DNA of 64,000 bases, taken from IMG/VR virus record IMGVR_UViG_3300021375_002698. The stretch is one strand, 5' to 3'. How positions within the stretch are numbered: position 1 is the first letter of the stretch; each line of letters begins with the position of its first letter. The notes beneath the pieces are model-generated. The model worked only from the letters and a program-made list of their open reading frames with translations. It was not told the origin of the DNA and searched no databases. The position numbers and the translations under genes were made by a program. Origin of the DNA: a virus. Shown piece by piece: positions 48,316-58,311 of the stretch.

Positions 48316-50166
48316 TTAATTAGCAATTATTTCAATGTCGTTAGCAGTATATCTCATTTCAAATATACCGCCAGGATCAGGATATATAAAACCTTCATCA
48401 TAATCACTTATTGGATTAAAGAAGTTATTATTATAAGTTAGTGTAATATCTTCATCTTCATCAAAAAACTCATTAGTAGAATTTTTTGAAACTATCATGT
48501 TTTGTTGTCTTGTAATTATAGATACTACACCATCAACACCTAATACTAATTTTACAAGATCATTTGTATTAAGCGCTTCGCCTATCTGCAAACTATCAAA
48601 TCTCATATCTTCAATTATTCTAAACAATACATCATCTATGACAGAATCTATATCGTTTCCTTCACCTACTCTTATTTCAACTTTAATTCCAAAATTATAA
48701 ACAGGAACATCTAAGATATTAAAATTATCGCCAATCAGCCTAAATTCATTTAAATATTTAGATAGATTTAATTTTATAGCGTCAGAAGCTGGAACATAAA
48801 AATTATTTATATCTTTACATATAACGTATAAATCTTTTGACCCGTTAGAATAAGGGTTATCTATAGCAGCAACTTTATTTATTTTGCCAAAGTTAGTTGG
48901 CATTGAATATATTCTACCAATCAAATCTTCATGTGTAATAATTCTTGACTGTGTTTTCATTGCGTTAGGTATTAATGTTTTAAGCTCTTCTATCTTTAAT
49001 CCATTAGACCCGCCAACAGCGTTTTCTTCATTTATAACGTCTAATGAAAGTCTTATATCATTAATCTCTTCAACAAAATTATCTATATTATCAACATTTG
49101 GAAAAGTCATAAATTGTTTAATAACACTATCTATTGTTCCTTCTTGAACATTATGATCTAATCCACCACCGTATCTATATCTAATTGATATTGTACTACC
49201 TTGTGGTGAAACACCTAAGCTATTAGACTTGATTAACATATTAGGATCAAGTGACTTACTTTGAAAATAATCTGATTGTCTTATAGGAAGCAAGATATCT
49301 TCTGGGTTATCAAGGATATTATCTTTTAAAACTTTTCCATCACCATTACCAAATCTTAACATTGTTTTTCCATTTGAGAAGTTTGTCTCTCTTGCGAATC
49401 TATAAATTGCTGGCAATATTTCAAAATATGTATCATTACTAAATTCAACTTTTTTATAAATAGTACTTTGAGACAAATAATCCACTTCATAATACTCGTT
49501 TAAGTCGCTATCAATAATACTTATAATATCTGTTACATTTTCATTTTCTAGTTCATAAAAAAGAAAACTATTATTATTGTCTTCACTAAAAGTATGATTT
49601 TCAGTTACGGAATTACCTGAAATGCATAATCCTTTTTTTGAAAGAATATATGATATTATATTTCCATCGTCATCTTCATCACCTGGCTCAATATCATACC
49701 CATGAGAAAAGTCTACATCTTCAATAAGCGTAAACTCTACTGATCTTTCTGAAACGATTGTATTTTTTCTTACTACAGGTAACACTTCTTTTTTAGGGAC
49801 TTTTTTACCATTTTCTTCTACAGAATTAACTTCAATAAAAAAAGTAACATTAACAGAAGAGGGTGATCTATTATTGCTTTTTATGCCTGCATTTTTTAAA
49901 TGTTTAACAATGTTTTCCGAATTTGTAGATGTTTCGTAACTTAATTCTTTGACTTGCTGTTCAATATAGAAACTAATAGAATCTCCTACAATTGCTGCAA
50001 AGTCTAAAAGCATGCCTCCAAGTGAAGTTTCAGAAAAATCAGAAATTTGATCACTAAAATTATTTGTAGCATGACTAAGAAGCTCATTTCTAAAATCAGA
50101 CATGTTTTTATTTACATACTGACTTTTTCTTTTTGTTTTTAATTTTTTATTTAGTTTACTTGACAT
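48316..50166 (-). CDS. gp6: Baseplate wedge subunit (T4 gp6/baseplate J-like)
   Basis: DFSETSLGGMLLDFAAIVGD.ISFY; LRFGNG; IRYRYGGG..HNV; AVGG...E; QSRIITHEDL. Confidence 0.88.
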   Translation of the reverse strand: MSSKLNKKLKTKRKSQYVNKNMSDFRNELLSHATNNFSDQISDFSETSLGGMLLDFAAIVGDSISFYIEQQVKELSYETSTNSENIVKHLKNAGIKSNNRSPSSVNVTFFIEVNSVEENGKKVPKKEVLPVVRKNTIVSERSVEFTLIEDVDFSHGYDIEPGDEDDDGNIISYILSKKGLCISGNSVTENHTFSEDNNNSFLFYELENENVTDIISIIDSDLNEYYEVDYLSQSTIYKKVEFSNDTYFEILPAIYRFARETNFSNGKTMLRFGNGDGKVLKDNILDNPEDILLPIRQSDYFQSKSLDPNMLIKSNSLGVSPQGSTISIRYRYGGGLDHNVQEGTIDSVIKQFMTFPNVDNIDNFVEEINDIRLSLDVINEENAVGGSNGLKIEELKTLIPNAMKTQSRIITHEDLIGRIYSMPTNFGKINKVAAIDNPYSNGSKDLYVICKDINNFYVPASDAIKLNLSKYLNEFRLIGDNFNILDVPVYNFGIKVEIRVGEGNDIDSVIDDVLFRIIEDMRFDSLQIGEALNTNDLVKLVLGVDGVVSIITRQQNMIVSKNSTNEFFDEDEDITLTYNNNFFNPISDYDEGFIYPDPGGIFEMRYTANDIEIIAN

Positions 50167-50171
50167 TTATA

Positions 50172-50663
50172 TCACCCTGATGTCTTTAATTTAATTGTTA
50201 AACTTCTTTGTTGCTTGCTTAAACTAAGTATATTGTACTTTAAAGTTAAAATAATAATTGTTTCACTATTGCTACTATTTTTTTCTTCTTTCGACTGGAA
50301 TTCTATTAAGTTTATGAAAGGCATATACTTTTGAATAGAATTTCTAATCTCTTCCATTGCAATTTCTTGTATATCATCTTTATTTTTAAGTGAGTATATT
50401 TTTTTTAAATTAGTACCAAAGTCTGAAAATCCTAGTCTTTCTCCTTTTTTTGTAAGCAAAAGATTTTTTAAATTGTCATCTATTTGATCTTCTAAGGAAA
50501 AGTGCATCTTGAACAAAGATTCTTTTCCTAGCGCTCCTTTCTCTAACGGAGTTTTTATCCCTAAAGGCAACTCAAATACATCTATATTGTTTGAAAAATT
50601 TATATTTTCAACTTCTTTTGATACAGAGTTTCCTGTACTTTTAAATTTAAATTCTCCAGACAT
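50172..50663 (-). CDS. gp25: Baseplate wedge/sheath initiator (GPW/gp25 family)
   Basis: QIDDNLKNLLLTKKGERLG..DFGT.L..I..YMP. Confidence 0.88.
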   Translation of the reverse strand: MSGEFKFKSTGNSVSKEVENINFSNNIDVFELPLGIKTPLEKGALGKESLFKMHFSLEDQIDDNLKNLLLTKKGERLGFSDFGTNLKKIYSLKNKDDIQEIAMEEIRNSIQKYMPFINLIEFQSKEEKNSSNSETIIILTLKYNILSLSKQQRSLTIKLKTSG

Positions 50664-50701
50664 TATGACTTCCTAACAAATATATATAATTTAATTATTA
50701 T

Positions 50702-52504
50702 CTAAGAAGTTTTTGATACTTTACTTAATAATTTATTTAAATTAGTTTTTATATCTTCAATTTTAGTTTTTTCTGCTTTAATCTTAGTCTTTTCTAGAAG
50801 TGTCAACATTATTGGCATTGCAGTTGAAGTACCTGGCCCAGATATTACATGTGTATGATTATCTATTTTTGCAAGTGCTTTTGATAATTCATCAATTAAT
50901 TTAATATTTATATTTATTAATTCTTCTAATACTCTTACAAGGCTATTACCTAATACAAGAGGTTCTGAGAATAGTTCTGAATGCCCTAAGATTATCGTAT
51001 CTCCATTGCCATTCATATTATCTAATTTTTCTATATCAATACTACTAATAGTCTTTTTATTATTAACAATTTCATTAAATTCTTTAATTGATATTTTATT
51101 TTGATTTAGAATACTTCTTTTAAAATTGCCTATTAGTATTTTATTTCCATCAATTAGAATGTTGCCATTGTCCTCTAAACATATATGAGAATAATCATTG
51201 TAATCTTTTGAATCTTTTATTATTCTTATAGAGCTTTTGTCAATCTCTGTGTTTTCGTATTTTTCTCTTGCAACTATTCTTATTACGTTAGACTTGTTAA
51301 GAATACTTGGATAATTTTTATTATAAACATCTATTTTTTTATCTTTTTTGTTTTTATTTTCAAAATCAATAAATTTGCCTATTTTAATTTTTTCTTTAGA
51401 TACTTCTTTGTCTATATCGCTTTGATTTACAATGTGGCTTTTTAGTTTAAATTTTGTATCTATGTTGTCTCTTTCACATACATAAATCCTTGATGAGTCT
51501 AAGTCAAAATTTATTTCATTTTCAATTCTGCTAGGTATTTTTAAAGAATCTTCTTCGAACAAGTAGTTATTTGGATCTTTTAATATCTCTATTTCTTCTA
51601 ATTCGTTTTTAATATAGTATACAGGAAATTCTTCACTTACCTTGAATGTATGTTCCTTTCCAGTTTTAACTAAGTTTTTATCCAGAATGTTAAATTTTTT
51701 ATCTATAATGTCATTTCTTATGTTATTTATTTCACTTAATCTTCCTGCGACTATATCAATGCCGCCTCTTTTAGATGACTTACTTTTGATATCTGTATTT
51801 AGATTTATAAAAGCGTTGCTTGATCCTTGCAAAAGAAAGCTATTGTTGTCATCATAATATTTTGGATAATAGTTTAGATGGTTTTCTTTTGAAATTATTT
51901 TTTTACTACTAAATGAAATATTTTTATTTGAAGACTTTATAAAATCTTCATTATAGTCAGGTATAACAATACCATTTTTTATGTTTTTAGCTTTGACTTT
52001 GTTTGATTGTTTTTCACGAGCTTTTTTAGTTTGAACAATTCCATCGGGTCTTTTACTTTCATCTAAATTTTTTTCAAAGTCTCTAAGATGAAAAGAAAAA
52101 GTTGGGTCTTCTGATATGTTTAAGCCATGTACTCTAGATAGCCAAAAGTTTTTAATATATTTACTTTTATCATCATTTTGATCGCCATAAAAACTTTCAT
52201 CAACAAAATACCAAATTATCTCTCCTTTTTTGACTGGAATATTTATATGCGAAGAAAATCCTGGTAAACATACTATTATTTTAGACTTTTCTTTTTCAAA
52301 TAAAGTTACACAAATGCAAGTTCCCGAAGGTAAATTATCAACTATTGACTTTATTTCATCTTCATCCGCTTTTGAAAAGTCTGGGCTTGATATATTTTTT
52401 AATGTAATTCCATTTATTTTTTTTATAGAGGTATTTAATTTACTAAATTTTTCTTTTTTATTTAAAGATGAGTTAACAACATGTATTACAAGAGCTTTTT
52501 TCAT
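50702..52504 (-). CDS. Baseplate hub/central spike protein (gp5/gpV-like), no lysozyme domain seen
   Basis: OB-like IPVKKGEIIWYF; LLQGSSN..I; EPLVLGN.L; C-terminal HTH (HxH) metal-binding tip motif; next to gp25. Confidence 0.7.
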   Translation of the reverse strand: MKKALVIHVVNSSLNKKEKFSKLNTSIKKINGITLKNISSPDFSKADEDEIKSIVDNLPSGTCICVTLFEKEKSKIIVCLPGFSSHINIPVKKGEIIWYFVDESFYGDQNDDKSKYIKNFWLSRVHGLNISEDPTFSFHLRDFEKNLDESKRPDGIVQTKKAREKQSNKVKAKNIKNGIVIPDYNEDFIKSSNKNISFSSKKIISKENHLNYYPKYYDDNNSFLLQGSSNAFINLNTDIKSKSSKRGGIDIVAGRLSEINNIRNDIIDKKFNILDKNLVKTGKEHTFKVSEEFPVYYIKNELEEIEILKDPNNYLFEEDSLKIPSRIENEINFDLDSSRIYVCERDNIDTKFKLKSHIVNQSDIDKEVSKEKIKIGKFIDFENKNKKDKKIDVYNKNYPSILNKSNVIRIVAREKYENTEIDKSSIRIIKDSKDYNDYSHICLEDNGNILIDGNKILIGNFKRSILNQNKISIKEFNEIVNNKKTISSIDIEKLDNMNGNGDTIILGHSELFSEPLVLGNSLVRVLEELININIKLIDELSKALAKIDNHTHVISGPGTSTAMPIMLTLLEKTKIKAEKTKIEDIKTNLNKLLSKVSKTS

Positions 52505-52507
52505 TTT

Positions 52508-52879
52508 CTATCCATTTATTTTACTAAATATATCATCTTCTGATATAGTCTCTGATTTTTCTTCTTCTTTTGCAATAAGCTCAGCTAACTTTAGAATTTG
52601 ATCATTAGATCTACACATTCTTTCAAGATACTTTGACATAACACCACCAATATTCATATGCTCGTTAACTCCTCCTTGCATAGAAATATATGCATCATTA
52701 AAAAGCATTTTAGCTTTTTCTCTATCTTCTAAACTATTTTCGTATATTTCCTTCCACAGCATCTTTTTTTTGTCTTCTAATGAATCAATATTATCCAACA
52801 TATCAGAAAAATTTCTAATCTGATTCTCTTTTTTTTCTGCTTTTTCTGTTTTTTCTAATAATTTTTCTGAGTCTTTCAT
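52508..52879 (-). CDS. Small helical hypothetical protein
   Basis: ATGA overlap with the sigma-like gene; LWKEIYENS, KYLERM..SNDQILKLAE. Confidence 0.7.
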   Translation of the reverse strand: MKDSEKLLEKTEKAEKKENQIRNFSDMLDNIDSLEDKKKMLWKEIYENSLEDREKAKMLFNDAYISMQGGVNEHMNIGGVMSKYLERMCRSNDQILKLAELIAKEEEKSETISEDDIFSKING

Positions 52880-53613
52880 GACAAGTCTTTCTCTTTCAAA
52901 CTAAACTTTTTATTTTCACCTACACTTTTTCTATATATTTTTCTTATACTAGATAGTGAAGCACTAAGTTCTGTGCTATTTAAACCTGATATTTCCCTTA
53001 GATAAACAAAAACTGCTCTTTTATTAAAAAATTCAAGATCTTCAATACTATTATATATCTTTCTTATTGCAATGCAACACCTTTTATCTCTATCATCCTT
53101 AATTTCTTCCTCTATATGATTAACTATTTCCATTATTACTTTAAATCTATTTCTAGAAATTTCAATAAGCTTTTCTGGATCGTCATAAGTTTGATCATAT
53201 ATTTTTTCTTTATCATAGTTCGTTAAAGAATCTTTGTCATCAAGATACACGCTTCTTTTAGAAATCTTTAGAAGACGTTTAGAATGTATTGTTAAATATC
53301 TTTTTGCGCATATGTTAAAGTAAGAAAAAGCTTTGGTGCCTTTTGAACTATCCCATTTATGCAGAGTTTCATATAGAAACGTAATGCAGTCTGTTTTCAA
53401 GTGATCAATGTCTTCATTTGATGACTTAAATCCGTAGACAGATACTAAACTTTGCACTAACTCGTTAAATGCAGGCATAATATCATTTCTATAAATCTTG
53501 TGCTTTTCTTCTACACCTTCTTCATTTTGGTAATCTATTATTTTTTCTTGCACTTCTTTGCCAAAGTACATTTTTTTTTTACTTTTTTTTATGACTTGTT
53601 TAGCTTCCTTCAT
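52876..53613 (-). CDS. Phage RNA polymerase sigma-like factor (candidate late sigma, gp55-like)
   Basis: Region-2-like DHLKTDCITFLYETLHKWDSSKGTKAFSYFNICAKRYL; C-terminal helical segment YLREISGL. Confidence 0.68.
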   Translation of the reverse strand: MKEAKQVIKKSKKKMYFGKEVQEKIIDYQNEEGVEEKHKIYRNDIMPAFNELVQSLVSVYGFKSSNEDIDHLKTDCITFLYETLHKWDSSKGTKAFSYFNICAKRYLTIHSKRLLKISKRSVYLDDKDSLTNYDKEKIYDQTYDDPEKLIEISRNRFKVIMEIVNHIEEEIKDDRDKRCCIAIRKIYNSIEDLEFFNKRAVFVYLREISGLNSTELSASLSSIRKIYRKSVGENKKFSLKEKDLS

Positions 53614-53905
53614 AATGTTCTATATCTACCTCTTCTTTGTTTAAATTGCTATTTGATAATTTATTAGCAACAACTAAAAGAGAGTTTCTAGCAGATTCAA
53701 GATTGCTCACAGCTGACTTTACTTCATAACTATCATGAAATATGGGAGTTTCCAGTATTCTTGAAATATTGTTATAATTTATATCAATAACATCTAAAGC
53801 GTCTTCTATAGCTTCACTAATTTCAATAATAATCATAGCAAACTTAAAACAATAGTATGAAGATAGTAAAAATAAAATTGCAAGTATTGTCAGAGTGTAA
53901 ATCAT
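53600..53905 (-). CDS. Small membrane-anchored protein
   Basis: N-terminal MIYTLTILAILFLLSSYYCF hydrophobic helix. Confidence 0.65.
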   Translation of the reverse strand: MIYTLTILAILFLLSSYYCFKFAMIIIEISEAIEDALDVIDINYNNISRILETPIFHDSYEVKSAVSNLESARNSLLVVANKLSNSNLNKEEVDIEHYEGS

Positions 53906-53908
53906 TTA

Positions 53909-55108
53909 TTAAAACCTGTCTAGTTTTTGCTTATAAATATTAATTATTGATGTTTTAGACATTTTGTTTACTAATTTATTTCTTTGATCTATAACTTTAA
54001 CATCTTTTCTATAGTCTTTTGTAAATACTTCTCGTATCTTTTCTTTTAAAGAATACTCATTGAATTCTGCCCACTTTGAGTTTAATACAAATAATTGATT
54101 ATCTATCTTTTCTACATCTACTTCAGTTATATCACAGTCTACTTTTAAGAAAAAGTCTAGAAATTCTGTGTAAGCTGACCAATTTGTTGCTATTATAGGT
54201 AAATTACATATAGCAGACTCTAAAAATTGCAGCCCGAATCCTTCACCTCTAGTGCAAGAAATAAAGCAAGATACTTTTTCACTTTCATATAAACTTTTAA
54301 GTTCAAATGGACTCATATCACCATGAATCAAATAAATTTCAGGTAGACATGAACCTAACTCTTTTTTTAATTCTTTGTAATACTTGTTCATAACTGTTTT
54401 TAGTCTCATGAAATCTTTTCTTGAATTCTTGCCTAAATTTGTTTTTATAATCAAACCAACATCGTTAAAACTAGATACCTCTCTTGCAACTATTTCAATT
54501 GTTTTGAATATATTTTTTCTATCAAGTTTTTCTTTTAAAGATGTAAGTTGTCCTGATATTAAAACATTTTTTTTAGTTTTAATCATATCCAAATTAAAAG
54601 TGTTTATATTGTCTTTGACATCAAATTCTTCATGATAGTATTCTGGTATTACAATTATTTCTGTACTTAATTCTATATTATAATAATTAGAAGAATTCAT
54701 GAAAACTTTTTTTGTAAATTCAGATGGGACTATTATTTTATTCATTAAATTAATATCATGCAACCAATTTGAACAACAAATTGTTGTTTCAATTCCAGCA
54801 GTTATACCAACATCAAATTCACTTATTCTTCTCCATTCACTAGGAAAGCATACTTGATATGATTCGTCAAATTTATAATTAGAAATATCTTTTTCCAACA
54901 TATACTTTTCTAAAATTATCGGTATATTTTTGTAGCTTTTATCTTTATATTGATTAAGTCGCCAAGAAGTATTCCCCCAAGGAGTAATATCACATTTTAA
55001 ATCGATATCTTTTCTAGAGTTTAAAAATTCAAAAACCTGTCTAGAATGGACTCCATACCCAGAATTGCTTAGTAGAGGTCCTTTTAGTAGAACTTTTTTC
55101 AAAATCAA
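53909..55108 (-). CDS. Glycosyltransferase, GT-B fold (GT4-like)
   Basis: SGYG..SR; IIVPS; RKNI; TRGEGFGLQFLESA..PIIATNWS (Ex7E). Confidence 0.88.
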   Translation of the reverse strand: MILKKVLLKGPLLSNSGYGVHSRQVFEFLNSRKDIDLKCDITPWGNTSWRLNQYKDKSYKNIPIILEKYMLEKDISNYKFDESYQVCFPSEWRRISEFDVGITAGIETTICCSNWLHDINLMNKIIVPSEFTKKVFMNSSNYYNIELSTEIIVIPEYYHEEFDVKDNINTFNLDMIKTKKNVLISGQLTSLKEKLDRKNIFKTIEIVAREVSSFNDVGLIIKTNLGKNSRKDFMRLKTVMNKYYKELKKELGSCLPEIYLIHGDMSPFELKSLYESEKVSCFISCTRGEGFGLQFLESAICNLPIIATNWSAYTEFLDFFLKVDCDITEVDVEKIDNQLFVLNSKWAEFNEYSLKEKIREVFTKDYRKDVKVIDQRNKLVNKMSKTSIINIYKQKLDRF

Positions 55109-56352
55109 TCTCCTAATCTATAGATTTCAACTCTAGAGTATTTTGATTCCCAGTTTTTAATTGTATCCTCTATTGATAAATCCCATTTTTTAATCATATC
55201 TTTGTAGTTAAATTCTTTATTGACATATTCTATTGCTTTATTACCGATTTCTTTTCTACATTCTTTCCCCATACAGTACATAGAAAATATTGCTTTTGAA
55301 ACTTTTTCTGTTTTCACATAGTCTTCATTAATATAATAAATACTTTGTGATCCTGATGTTGTAGTCACATCGGGCTCTAATGCAAAACCATTTATTGTAT
55401 TGTCAAAGTGATTAATTACTTGTCTTGTTTGTCCTCCAGTTTTAACAGCAATTATTGGGTTACCTACTTTCATAGCTTCCAAAGTGCCTAATCCAAAACC
55501 TTCAGCAAAACTTATATTTATATAAAAGTCAGATATGTTGTGTAATATATTTACTTCATCAAAATCTATTGCGTCAGTAGAAAAACAAACATTTTCTTTT
55601 ATTTTAAGATTTTTTGCAACTTCAAATAAGTTAACACCTACAGAATCTTCTGGGTCTGTATGCATTATTAATGTTGCATTTTTATGACCAAATTTTTCTT
55701 CTAAATCAAACAAGAACATTTGCCATGATTTTAACACATCAGCTGGTCTTTTTCTTCTAGTATTCCTATTAATCCACAGACCAGTAAAATGATCTAACTT
55801 TTCTTTCCCTAATATCTTTTCTTTGTAGCTTTTAATATCTTCTTCTTTTAATTTATAAAATAAATAATCAGGAAGTGAGTGTGGTATATAATTCGTTTTA
55901 TTACTGTGATTTTCTGATATTAAATTATATGTTAGGTATGATATACAATTTATCGTATCAATAGACATATAAACGTGTTCGTTAAAGCTTGGATAAGGTC
56001 TATTATCCCAAACATGCCAATAAAGTATTGGACAGACTTGATGTATCTCGTCTTCCATCTCAAAGATATGATCAAAAAATCTAGGGTCATTAAACAATAC
56101 TATAGCATCAGGCTTTTCAGTTACAAGCAAAGATCTAATAATATCTTTGTCACCAAATCCCTTAGTTGGTATTATTATTAAATCTTCCTTAACTTTTACA
56201 GGTCTATAGTCATCATGACTCATAGCTGCACCAATTTGTATAAATTTATATTTTCCTGTTTCTAATAGACCTTCAACTAAATGTCTTCCTTGAACAGCTA
56301 CACCACTATTCATCATTATGTGATCTGATATTAAAATTATCTTCTTTTTCAA
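55105..56352 (-). CDS. Glycosyltransferase, GT-B fold (GT4-like); likely TTG start at 56352
   Basis: ISDH...SGV; NRNTRRKR; SFAEGFGLGTLEAMKVGNPII (Ex7E); AAGGGG SD before the TTG. Confidence 0.88.
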   Translation of the reverse strand: MKKKIILISDHIMMNSGVAVQGRHLVEGLLETGKYKFIQIGAAMSHDDYRPVKVKEDLIIIPTKGFGDKDIIRSLLVTEKPDAIVLFNDPRFFDHIFEMEDEIHQVCPILYWHVWDNRPYPSFNEHVYMSIDTINCISYLTYNLISENHSNKTNYIPHSLPDYLFYKLKEEDIKSYKEKILGKEKLDHFTGLWINRNTRRKRPADVLKSWQMFLFDLEEKFGHKNATLIMHTDPEDSVGVNLFEVAKNLKIKENVCFSTDAIDFDEVNILHNISDFYINISFAEGFGLGTLEAMKVGNPIIAVKTGGQTRQVINHFDNTINGFALEPDVTTTSGSQSIYYINEDYVKTEKVSKAIFSMYCMGKECRKEIGNKAIEYVNKEFNYKDMIKKWDLSIEDTIKNWESKYSRVEIYRLGD

Positions 56353-56363
56353 TCGGTATCCCC

Positions 56364-57215
56364 TTAAGTGCAATTTTCTGTTTCAAAAAATACACAAAAC
56401 TTACAAGAATTTCTATTCTTAAGGTAAAGTCTTCTATTCACTGTTGTAATCATGTTTGTTATCATTTTTCTTGATTTATCAATTGACTTTGGTCCGCTTG
56501 ATAAATTAATAAGTTGACATGTTTTGTTTTTGTTCTTAACTTTCTTTAATAAAACAAATCCACATTTAATATTGTTCATCGGTATATCATTCTTTGTTCC
56601 CCAGAAGTATTTATATAGTATTAATTGTGCTTGTACAAGAAAGTCCCTCTGCTTATCAATAGACCACCCTCTTCCGCTTGCTGTCTTCCAATCAATTATC
56701 CAGTATTTATAATCATCTTTAAATGGAACTTTTATTATACAATCTATATATCCTTTAAATTTTGTATCAAATCTTTCAATGCTCTCATACAAAGCATCTT
56801 CAGCAGCAACATATTCCCATTCTGGAAATGTTTTATCTAAAAATTCAGGTAATGCACTTATACTGCTTTCTGCCCATGTTAACCAATTGTTTAAGTTGTC
56901 ATGTTTATACTTCCAACCTTGTAATTTTGCTCTATTTGTCTGGAGTATGATATAATCGCTAGAGTCAAAACCATGCTCATCCCATGACTGCGTTATCTTT
57001 TCTTTAGCTTCTTCTATTTTGAGCTCTTGCGTTTTTAAGTAATGTTCGCAAGCATCATGTATTATTGTTCCATAGTGCAAGTGTGGAGATTCTTCAAATG
57101 TTCTAATTTTATCAATATATAGAAGCTTATGTCTCCACCCACATTCTTTCCATTGCTTAACTTCTGAATAAGAGACATGCTCTTTTAAAATAGTCATAAC
57201 AGACCTCACTTTCAT
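56364..57215 (-). CDS. PD-(D/E)xK RecB/Cas4-like exonuclease with four Fe-S staple cysteines
   Basis: SYS...C; GTIIH; E; KGYID; IIDWKT; QLILY; C-terminal CKFC.....C. The start may be the second Met (MTILKEH). Confidence 0.85.
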   Translation of the reverse strand: MKVRSVMTILKEHVSYSEVKQWKECGWRHKLLYIDKIRTFEESPHLHYGTIIHDACEHYLKTQELKIEEAKEKITQSWDEHGFDSSDYIILQTNRAKLQGWKYKHDNLNNWLTWAESSISALPEFLDKTFPEWEYVAAEDALYESIERFDTKFKGYIDCIIKVPFKDDYKYWIIDWKTASGRGWSIDKQRDFLVQAQLILYKYFWGTKNDIPMNNIKCGFVLLKKVKNKNKTCQLINLSSGPKSIDKSRKMITNMITTVNRRLYLKNRNSCKFCVFFETENCT

Positions 57216-57220
57216 TTAAT

Positions 57221-57249
57221 ATTATATAAAAAAAAGTGAATTTATACAA
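57221..57249 (-). promoter_or_regulatory. sigma70-type promoter TTGTAT-N17-TATAAT for the nuclease-GT-GT-sigma operon
   Basis: Perfect -10 box, 17-nt spacer and TTG-led -35 box in the 57216-57263 intergenic gap. Confidence 0.65.
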
Positions 57250-57263
57250 TTAATTTAAAAAAA

Positions 57264-57620
57264 TTATCTGATAATAATTGTAACTAGATTTCCTGATAAC
57301 CTGCTAGGCTGATCTAAAAAGTTTGGACAAATTATGCCATCATGATTTGCATTGTTGTCAACATAAACCATACCATTTTCTACATTTAACTCACCACCTT
57401 CATCAGGTATATCTCTAGAGGCTTTTGCTTCAACTTGACCTTGCAATTGTATTTCTACAATATAAACACCATCAGTTTCAGGCTTTAAAAATGCATCTTT
57501 TCTAGCAACTCCTAATGGAGATGCCAAAGAACTAGATTTATTCCATAATTGTTGTGATGAATCATATGATAATACGTCGCCTTTTTCTATATCTTGTGAG
57601 CATTTTACTTTTATCCACAT
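57264..57620 (-). CDS. Small beta protein resembling capsid cement/decoration (DUF2190/beta-tulip) or a fibre chaperone; likely start MWIKVK at 57620
   Basis: IEKGDVL...PLGVARKDA...VEIQLQGQVEAKA...I..GG.L; AAGGA SD. Confidence 0.55.
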   Translation of the reverse strand: MWIKVKCSQDIEKGDVLSYDSSQQLWNKSSSLASPLGVARKDAFLKPETDGVYIVEIQLQGQVEAKASRDIPDEGGELNVENGMVYVDNNANHDGIICPNFLDQPSRLSGNLVTIIIR

Positions 57621-57634
57621 TTCTTTGTCCTTTT

Positions 57635-58297
57635 TTATCCAATTTTTATTATTGTTGTACACATTGATTTTTGTGTTGTTGCATGATGCAAGTCTAAAGA
57701 GCCTGAACCTTGACCAGCGCTATCTGTTGCTACAACTACAAGGCGCAGTATATCATTTTGAACTGCGTCCACTATGCCTGTAGCTATTCCTCCATAATTT
57801 TGACCTAAACTGTCAACATAACACTTTGAACCAAAATATCCAGCGTTACATTGCCATCTATAAGTGGCTGAAGCTGCTGTACCACTTTCTCTGTCTGCAT
57901 GAACTGAATACATGCATAGATATCTACCAGCTTCAGGTATATCAATTGACTCAAACCACTTGCTATTAGATAGTACAGAATTTGTTGATGTTGCATTGTT
58001 CCACGTAAAATTACTAGCTGTAAAATTATATGATTCATGACGTCGGGCTAAAAGGTAGTCACCTACTTCGTATAAGTATACACCTGTACCCCACGCAAGA
58101 TTTGTAGAACCAAATAAGCCAAATTTCAAACTTAAATCACTTGTAAGACTACTTGGAATGTTACTGTTTTGCCAAGACGAGCCATTAAAGTTTATTACGT
58201 CATTATTTGAGGGTGTTCCGCTTTGAGTAACATCAGACAAATTTAACGTAATATTGCTTGATGACTTGTTATTAATATTTGTAAAAGAGTGACTCAT
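57635..58297 (-). CDS. Short fibre/receptor-binding-like protein (C1q/BclA-like C-terminus)
   Basis: NLSDV...DVINFNGSSWQN repeat; IDIPEAGRYL beta-sandwich motif. Confidence 0.6.
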   Translation of the reverse strand: MSHSFTNINNKSSSNITLNLSDVTQSGTPSNNDVINFNGSSWQNSNIPSSLTSDLSLKFGLFGSTNLAWGTGVYLYEVGDYLLARRHESYNFTASNFTWNNATSTNSVLSNSKWFESIDIPEAGRYLCMYSVHADRESGTAASATYRWQCNAGYFGSKCYVDSLGQNYGGIATGIVDAVQNDILRLVVVATDSAGQGSGSLDLHHATTQKSMCTTIIKIG

Positions 58298-58311
58298 GAT
58301 TATGACCTTCT

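Noticed and set aside
48316-52504. Bacterial contractile injection system (eCIS/T6SS/tailocin) or prophage
   Set aside because: The baseplate genes are linked to a full head, packaging and replication set, and no host housekeeping genes or integrase appear in the window.
56364-57215. CRISPR-Cas locus around the Cas4-like gene
   Set aside because: No cas1/cas2, effector or array is seen; stand-alone Cas4-like nucleases are common in phages.
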